NCBI GenBank assembly: GCA_044358425.1
Contig: CP054849.1
Coordinates: 74,760-87,310, forward strand
Direction of reading: 5' to 3'
Length of the DNA stretch: 12,551 nucleotides
Origin: Marine Group I thaumarchaeote
Lineage (GTDB): Archaea > Thermoproteota > Nitrososphaeria > Nitrososphaerales > Nitrosopumilaceae
Below are positions 8,530 to 12,551 of the stretch, in pieces. How positions within the stretch are numbered: position 1 is the stretch's first letter; every line of letters starts with the position of its first letter. Both the position numbers and the translations under genes were made by a program. A model generated the notes under the pieces. That model was not told where the DNA came from, did not search any database, and saw only the letters and a list, made by a program, of their open reading frames with translations.

Positions 8530-9569
8530 GTCTCTAATGAATATCGTAACAAAGAAACTATTCCACCTAAACCTGTAACTCTTAATCCGATATCTGTAGA
8601 TGAATCAACACTGTAAATTTTAACCCCTTTATTTTCTACATCATTTAGGAAATCCATTATTTCTTGTTCATTATTGTCTTGAATTATTTTATCTGAAAAT
8701 ACTAATGACTCCACAGCTCCAATTTGATTGGCATTTATTGTTTCATTATACCCCATTGTGAATTTTTTACTTTTTTTATTTGCAAGAATCATAATTTCAT
8801 CAATTATTGCTGCAGCTTTTGCTAATTTACTATCTGACATTATTTCATGCATTGTTTGAGATTTTGTAAATGTGTAAATACCATCTTCTCCCCCTGAATC
8901 TACTCCATCAACAACTTGAATCTTATATTTTTGTGATTTTTGTAAATGATTTGCAAATCTTTTTTTTGTTTCACCTGGACCAAAAATTATTATCGTGTCT
9001 CCCTCTTTAAAAATAGAATTCATTGCCTGCTGTACATGCTCAAAGAATTTTTCAATTTTAAAATTAGTTTTGTATCTCTTACCTCCAGATCCAGAATACA
9101 TATTTGGCATAAATTCTAAATGGGTTCCTCTTAATCTGGCAATTCCACAGTCCGCAGTATCAATTGCAATTAGTACAAAACTGACTTGATTATTACTTGA
9201 TTTCAAAAGTTTTTTCTCAACTGGCAACCATTTTTTCTTTGAAATTGTAATTCCGTCATTTAGTTCTAAAATAAATGAATGATGTGAACCGTGTGGTACT
9301 GATTCGTTACTTGATTCAGAAATGATTCCACTAATTCTTAGTTTATCTAAAACTTCATCAAGAGAAATTTTTTCCACAGTTAATGCAATTCTAATTTTGA
9401 TTCTTTCACCTTTGTCTGGTCTAGCATATTCTTTATCTTGTTTTAGAACTCGTGTAGTATCACCAATTACTTTGTCATTTTCTCGAATTATTCGTCGTAA
9501 ATTCAATAAATCTTCTGAATCTTCGGGAATTACTGAAATTAAATTCTCATCTATTGTTTTTGTAATCAT
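8526..9569 (-). CDS. pelA: Pelota/Dom34 ribosome-rescue (no-go decay) factor
   Basis: PEDSEDLLNLRRII...GDTTR, LRISGII, GSHHSF, GPGETK and C-terminal GLGGIVSLLRY; eRF1-like three-domain size (347 aa). Confidence 0.93.
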   Translation of the reverse strand: MITKTIDENLISVIPEDSEDLLNLRRIIRENDKVIGDTTRVLKQDKEYARPDKGERIKIRIALTVEKISLDEVLDKLRISGIISESSNESVPHGSHHSFILELNDGITISKKKWLPVEKKLLKSSNNQVSFVLIAIDTADCGIARLRGTHLEFMPNMYSGSGGKRYKTNFKIEKFFEHVQQAMNSIFKEGDTIIIFGPGETKKRFANHLQKSQKYKIQVVDGVDSGGEDGIYTFTKSQTMHEIMSDSKLAKAAAIIDEIMILANKKSKKFTMGYNETINANQIGAVESLVFSDKIIQDNNEQEIMDFLNDVENKGVKIYSVDSSTDIGLRVTGLGGIVSLLRYSLET

Positions 9570-9601
9570 ATTAGTAAAATAATTTACAAAAAGTAAAGTG
9601 T

Positions 9602-10042
9602 TTAGTTTGTAGTTTCAGTTGTTTTCTCTTCTTGTGATTTTTTCTTTAGATAATTTTCAACCCAATCTAAAGTAAGAACACCTGCTTCTGCTAGATTTGT
9701 TAAAGAATTTGGAGAAGCTTCTCCTGTTACTTTGCCTTCCATTCTTCTAATTTGTCTCCATTTGAGTGATGTATTTCCACTTTTTGAATTATAGATTATT
9801 CCAAGAACGTCTCTTGCATTCATAAATTTGATATCTCTGATTTTTTTCAATGTTACTTTATCTGCTGCTTCTACGTATATTGCACCCAAATTATCTTCTC
9901 TTTCTGCAAATACCTCTGAATCTTCTAAATAATTTCTTGGAGCATAAGATTTACACGTACTAGAAATGATAAATCTTCTAAAACTTTCCAATGTTGCAGG
10001 AGTGCTAATCGTGACCATTTTTTTTAACTTACTATTTGCCAT
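9602..10042 (-). CDS. Hypothetical protein (146 aa)
   Basis: ORF fills the gap, with codon usage like the neighbouring genes; no motif recognised. The start may be the second Met (MVTIST). Confidence 0.8.
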   Translation of the reverse strand: MANSKLKKMVTISTPATLESFRRFIISSTCKSYAPRNYLEDSEVFAEREDNLGAIYVEAADKVTLKKIRDIKFMNARDVLGIIYNSKSGNTSLKWRQIRRMEGKVTGEASPNSLTNLAEAGVLTLDWVENYLKKKSQEEKTTETTN

Positions 10043-10092
10043 TTATCAAGCTTCTTGAAAGACTCAAAAGGAATATCTCTAAAAACTGCCTA

Positions 10093-10150
10093 CAGGCTAT
10101 GATGTTCCTATCCCTCTGATTAATGATGAGGATCTTGAGTTCTGAGCCTG
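10093..10150 (+). ncRNA. Box C/D methylation-guide sRNA
   Basis: Terminal stem CAGGC (10093-10097)/GCCTG (10146-10150); box C ATGATGT (10099-10105); guide TCCTATCCCT; box D' CTGA (10116-10119); box C' ATGATGA (10123-10129); 12-nt guide GGATCTTGAGTT; box D CTGA (10142-10145). Intergenic, 58 nt, canonical archaeal geometry. Confidence 0.9.
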
Positions 10151-10187
10151 CTTCATGATTTTAATTGGTAATGAATTTTGAAACATT

Positions 10188-10607
10188 ATGAAATCATTAA
10201 CTAAACATCTTACATTTAATATTAAATCTCGAAGAGGGTTTGTCAATATTACACCTGATGTTAGAAAATTAATAGACCAAAGTAAAGTCCAAGAAGGACT
10301 TTGTCTTGTTAATGCTATGCATATCACTGCAAGTGTTTTTATCAACGATAATGAGGATGGATTACTTCATGATTATGAAAAATGGTTAGAAGAATTAGCA
10401 CCTCATGAACCAATTGAACAATACAAACACAATGATACTGGAGAAGATAATGCTGATGCACATCTAAAAAGACAAGTAATGGGACGTGAAGTAGTTGTTG
10501 CAATTACTAATGGTGATCTAGATTTTGGTCCATGGGAACAAATTTTCTACGGGGAATTTGATGGTAAAAGACCAAAAAGAGTTTTAGTTAAAATTATTGG
10601 TGAATAG
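10188..10607 (+). CDS. yjbQ: YjbQ/UPF0047 family protein (secondary thiamine-phosphate synthase-like)
   Basis: [26 protein letters not shown] and [19 protein letters not shown] motifs. Confidence 0.93.
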   Translation: MKSLTKHLTFNIKSRRGFVNITPDVRKLIDQSKVQEGLCLVNAMHITASVFINDNEDGLLHDYEKWLEELAPHEPIEQYKHNDTGEDNADAHLKRQVMGREVVVAITNGDLDFGPWEQIFYGEFDGKRPKRVLVKIIGE

Positions 10608-10611
10608 TTTT

Positions 10612-10776
10612 CTATCCAAAATCTGCATCACGTTTTTGACTCTGTGATTCATTCTTTCTTGCAGCATCTCTAAATGCATCATCATGGTTTTGAGGTCCAT
10701 GTTGACATTTCACACATGCAATTTTGAAACCATCTTCATTTTTAACATAAGTTTCACATCCACAAAAACATGCCAT
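10612..10776 (-). CDS. Small Cys/His-rich putative metal-binding protein (54 aa)
   Basis: Hand translation: MACFCGCETYVKNEDGFKIACVKCQHGPQNHDDAFRDAARKNESQSQKRDADFG*. Fills the yjbQ-dtxR gap and has its own BRE/TATA upstream. Too short for the ORF track. Confidence 0.8.
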   Translation of the reverse strand: MACFCGCETYVKNEDGFKIACVKCQHGPQNHDDAFRDAARKNESQSQKRDADFG

Positions 10777-10797
10777 AATAATTATAATTTCTAATCT

Positions 10798-10810
10798 GAT
10801 ATATCTTTTG
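10798..10810 (-). promoter_or_regulatory. BRE/TATA for the 54-aa ORF (probably a leaderless mRNA)
   Basis: Minus strand CAAAAGATATATC lies 22-34 nt upstream of the ATG at 10776. Confidence 0.55.
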
Positions 10811-10823
10811 GGATATTTTTAAT

Positions 10824-11267
10824 TTATTTACAGCATTCGCCCTTTGGAATATCGTGAGTATGTGGGCATTTTCTTGGATGTCCTAACATTGTACATAATG
10901 CATCTGTGAATTGTTTATTCATGTGATGTTCAATTCCACATACCATTTCTTCATCAATTTCCACTTTTAATGCACTATCCATTAAGACTTCTAGTAATCT
11001 ACTATTTCTCATCATACTGGAACCAATTTCTTCTCCTTCTTCTGTAAGAGTTACACCTGCTTTGTTATACTCTACAAGATTTTTAGCATTTAGTTTTTTT
11101 AGCATTTGAACTACACTTGGTTGTCTAATGTTAAGCATTTTTGCAATTGTGCTAATTTTAACATCCTCGCCTCTTTCTCTAATATGCCAAATTGCTTTTA
11201 GATACATTTCAACATGTTCTGCTTCTGCAGTTCCAACAAATAGTGTTTCATCTTTTAGTATATCCAT
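10824..11267 (-). CDS. DtxR/MntR-family metal-dependent transcriptional repressor
   Basis: EMYLKAI, IAKMLNIRQPSVVQMLKKL (HTH), RLLE, CGIEHH and GHPRKCPH motifs; no FeoA/SH3 domain. The likely start is ATG 11267, 2 nt after the trmB stop and preceded by GAAGGT, not 11348. Confidence 0.92.
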   Translation of the reverse strand: MDILKDETLFVGTAEAEHVEMYLKAIWHIRERGEDVKISTIAKMLNIRQPSVVQMLKKLNAKNLVEYNKAGVTLTEEGEEIGSSMMRNSRLLEVLMDSALKVEIDEEMVCGIEHHMNKQFTDALCTMLGHPRKCPHTHDIPKGECCK

Positions 11268-11269
11268 AA

Positions 11270-12037
11270 CTATACCTTCTTTGAATCTTTTAATAAATAT
11301 TCGAAATATTGACGTGCAATTCCTGCTAAACCAGTATGATCTGCCCAAATTGCAATAATGTCTGATGAATTTTCACCTGCAATTTCAGGACCTAATAAAA
11401 TTACAACATATCTTTTATCTGAAATTATTCCTCCTCCAAACAAACCTTTCTTTATTTTTACATCTGCAACTCTTTTAATTGCTGTAATTGATCCTTTGTC
11501 GATTTTATCTGATGTGAGAATTGTAATTTTTACTCCTTTATCATGTAATGCTCTTAATTTTGGTAATGCTTGTTTAACTAATTCTACACCAGCTTCTGGC
11601 AGCGTGATCATTACTTCGTCTCTGCAACTATCTACCATCTCTAAAATTTTCGCAGTAATGTTTACTGCACCAGATAATACCCAAATATCTGGTCTTTCAC
11701 TTGTACCACTTTTTTCATACAGTGGAACTAATTCATTTAAAATTACATTTTGATTTTGTATAAAGTCACTTTCCATCTTTTGTTTTGTACTTTCTACTCC
11801 AGTTGCTGGTGACTTTGCGAAATATTTTGTTGGTCTTGAATCATCTGACCCAATCCATCCTTTTTCTTCTAATGTCCCTAAAACTTCATAAATTTTTGAA
11901 TATGGTACACCTGATTTTTGACTAAGATCCGATGCTGTCATTTCTCCTGACTTTAACAATGCAGAAAATGTCTTGATTTCATAACTAGTAAGACCAATTT
12001 TTTCTAGAGACTTTTTTGTTTTATCAGATATGCTCAT
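11270..12037 (-). CDS. TrmB-family transcriptional regulator
   Basis: LEKIGLTSYE, SGVPYSKIYEVLGTLEEKGWI and RPTKY (TrmB wHTH) plus a C-terminal effector domain. The likely start is ATG 12037, because a TATA box sits 24-31 nt upstream. Confidence 0.92.
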   Translation of the reverse strand: MSISDKTKKSLEKIGLTSYEIKTFSALLKSGEMTASDLSQKSGVPYSKIYEVLGTLEEKGWIGSDDSRPTKYFAKSPATGVESTKQKMESDFIQNQNVILNELVPLYEKSGTSERPDIWVLSGAVNITAKILEMVDSCRDEVMITLPEAGVELVKQALPKLRALHDKGVKITILTSDKIDKGSITAIKRVADVKIKKGLFGGGIISDKRYVVILLGPEIAGENSSDIIAIWADHTGLAGIARQYFEYLLKDSKKV

Positions 12038-12060
12038 GCGATCTAATCGATCAGTTTTGA

Positions 12061-12126
12061 TATTTAAACCCGTCACGACTATCTACTAAATTCCACACGG
12101 GGGTTAGTATGAAACAGATTATATAC
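12061..12126. promoter_or_regulatory. Divergent promoters of trmB (-) and tes (+) with an intervening inverted repeat
   Basis: Minus strand TTTAAATA (12068-12061); plus strand GAAACAGA-TTATATAC (12111-12126); TACTAA-N14-TTAGTA at 12084-12109. Confidence 0.6.
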
Positions 12127-12153
12127 TGTTTTTTTAGAAATCTAAGTACAAGC

Positions 12154-12551
12154 ATGGCACTAATTCAGATTTCCAATCAATCAAGTAAGAATTTGGGTAA
12201 AAAATCTACTATCAGATTTACTCAAAGTATATGTCCTGATTGTAACATGATTTTAGATGCTGAAGTCTTTGAAAGAGACAATCAAGTTTTCATGTCAAAA
12301 ATTTGTCCAACTCACGGTGAATGTGAGGAATTATACTTTGGTTCTTATGAAATGTACAAAAAATTCAGTACTTATTGGATGGATGGCAAAGGTGCACATT
12401 CTCCAAATGTAATGATTGACAAATGTTCTTGTCCAAATAACTGTGGTTTGTGTTCTAATCACTTATCTCACAGTGGATTAGCAAACATGATTGTAACTAA
12501 TAGATGTGATTTGACATGTTGGTATTGTTTCTTCTATGTAAAGAAGGGACT
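12154..12551 (+). CDS. tes: Radical SAM tetraether lipid synthase (Tes/GDGT-MAS, MJ0619-like), N-terminal part; runs off the right edge
   Basis: Hand translation: MALIQISNQSSKNLGKKSTIRFTQSICPDC...KICPTHG...CSCPNNCGLCSNH...VTNRCDLTCWYCFFY. This gives an N-terminal CxxC/CxxH metal site, an auxiliary-cluster CPxxCGLCxxH motif and the CxxxCxxC radical SAM motif, the architecture of the Tes family. Absent from the ORF track. Confidence 0.85.
   Translation, partial: MALIQISNQSSKNLGKKSTIRFTQSICPDCNMILDAEVFERDNQVFMSKICPTHGECEELYFGSYEMYKKFSTYWMDGKGAHSPNVMIDKCSCPNNCGLCSNHLSHSGLANMIVTNRCDLTCWYCFFYVKKG

Noticed and set aside
6510-9582. Plus-strand ORFs 6510-6695, 6750-6938, 7114-7341, 7822-8046, 8995-9189 and 9322-9582
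   Set aside because: Antisense shadows of ncsA, the M50 protease and pelota.
10097-10345. 82-aa minus-strand ORF and its 19-aa sub-ORF MKQAQNSRSSSLIRGIGTS
   Set aside because: Antisense to yjbQ and to the C/D sRNA, whose box architecture already explains the sequence.
10780-10789. Palindrome AATTATAATT upstream of the 54-aa ORF (also at 6943-6952 upstream of ncsA) as a shared operator
   Set aside because: Pure A/T in very AT-rich intergenic DNA and unlike known DtxR boxes; cannot be told from chance.
11128-11753. Plus-strand ORFs 11128-11358 and 11358-11753
   Set aside because: Antisense shadows of the DtxR and TrmB genes.
11268-12076. Longer starts for dtxR (11348) and trmB (12076)
   Set aside because: The dtxR extension overlaps the trmB coding sequence, and the trmB extension runs through its own TATA box.
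1-12551. CRISPR array, IS element or transposon, provirus, intein, defence system
   Set aside because: No regularly spaced repeats, terminal inverted repeats, transposase or integrase, or intein motifs; the recognised full-length proteins are of normal size.

Overview
AT-rich archaeal housekeeping region; gene content and protein style point to an ammonia-oxidising archaeon (Nitrosopumilus-like Thaumarchaeota; inference, no database search). Order: gatE (partial) and gatD, cdc48, rpl2, acylphosphatase, a DUF5655-like protein, SRP (7S) RNA, the tRNA 2-thiolase NcsA/TtuA, an M50-PDZ site-2 protease, cutA, pelota, a 146-aa hypothetical, a box C/D guide sRNA, yjbQ, a 54-aa Cys/His-rich microprotein, a DtxR/MntR regulator, a TrmB regulator, and the 5' part of a radical-SAM tetraether lipid synthase (Tes/GDGT-MAS). 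No mobile element or CRISPR is seen. Three things the ORF track does not show stand out: a well-formed C/D sRNA (10093-10150) whose D guide predicts 2'-O-methylation of wobble C34 in tRNA-Leu(CAA); the metal-binding microprotein downstream of the DtxR gene; and a TrmB-DtxR pair sharing a divergent promoter, containing an inverted repeat, with tes.
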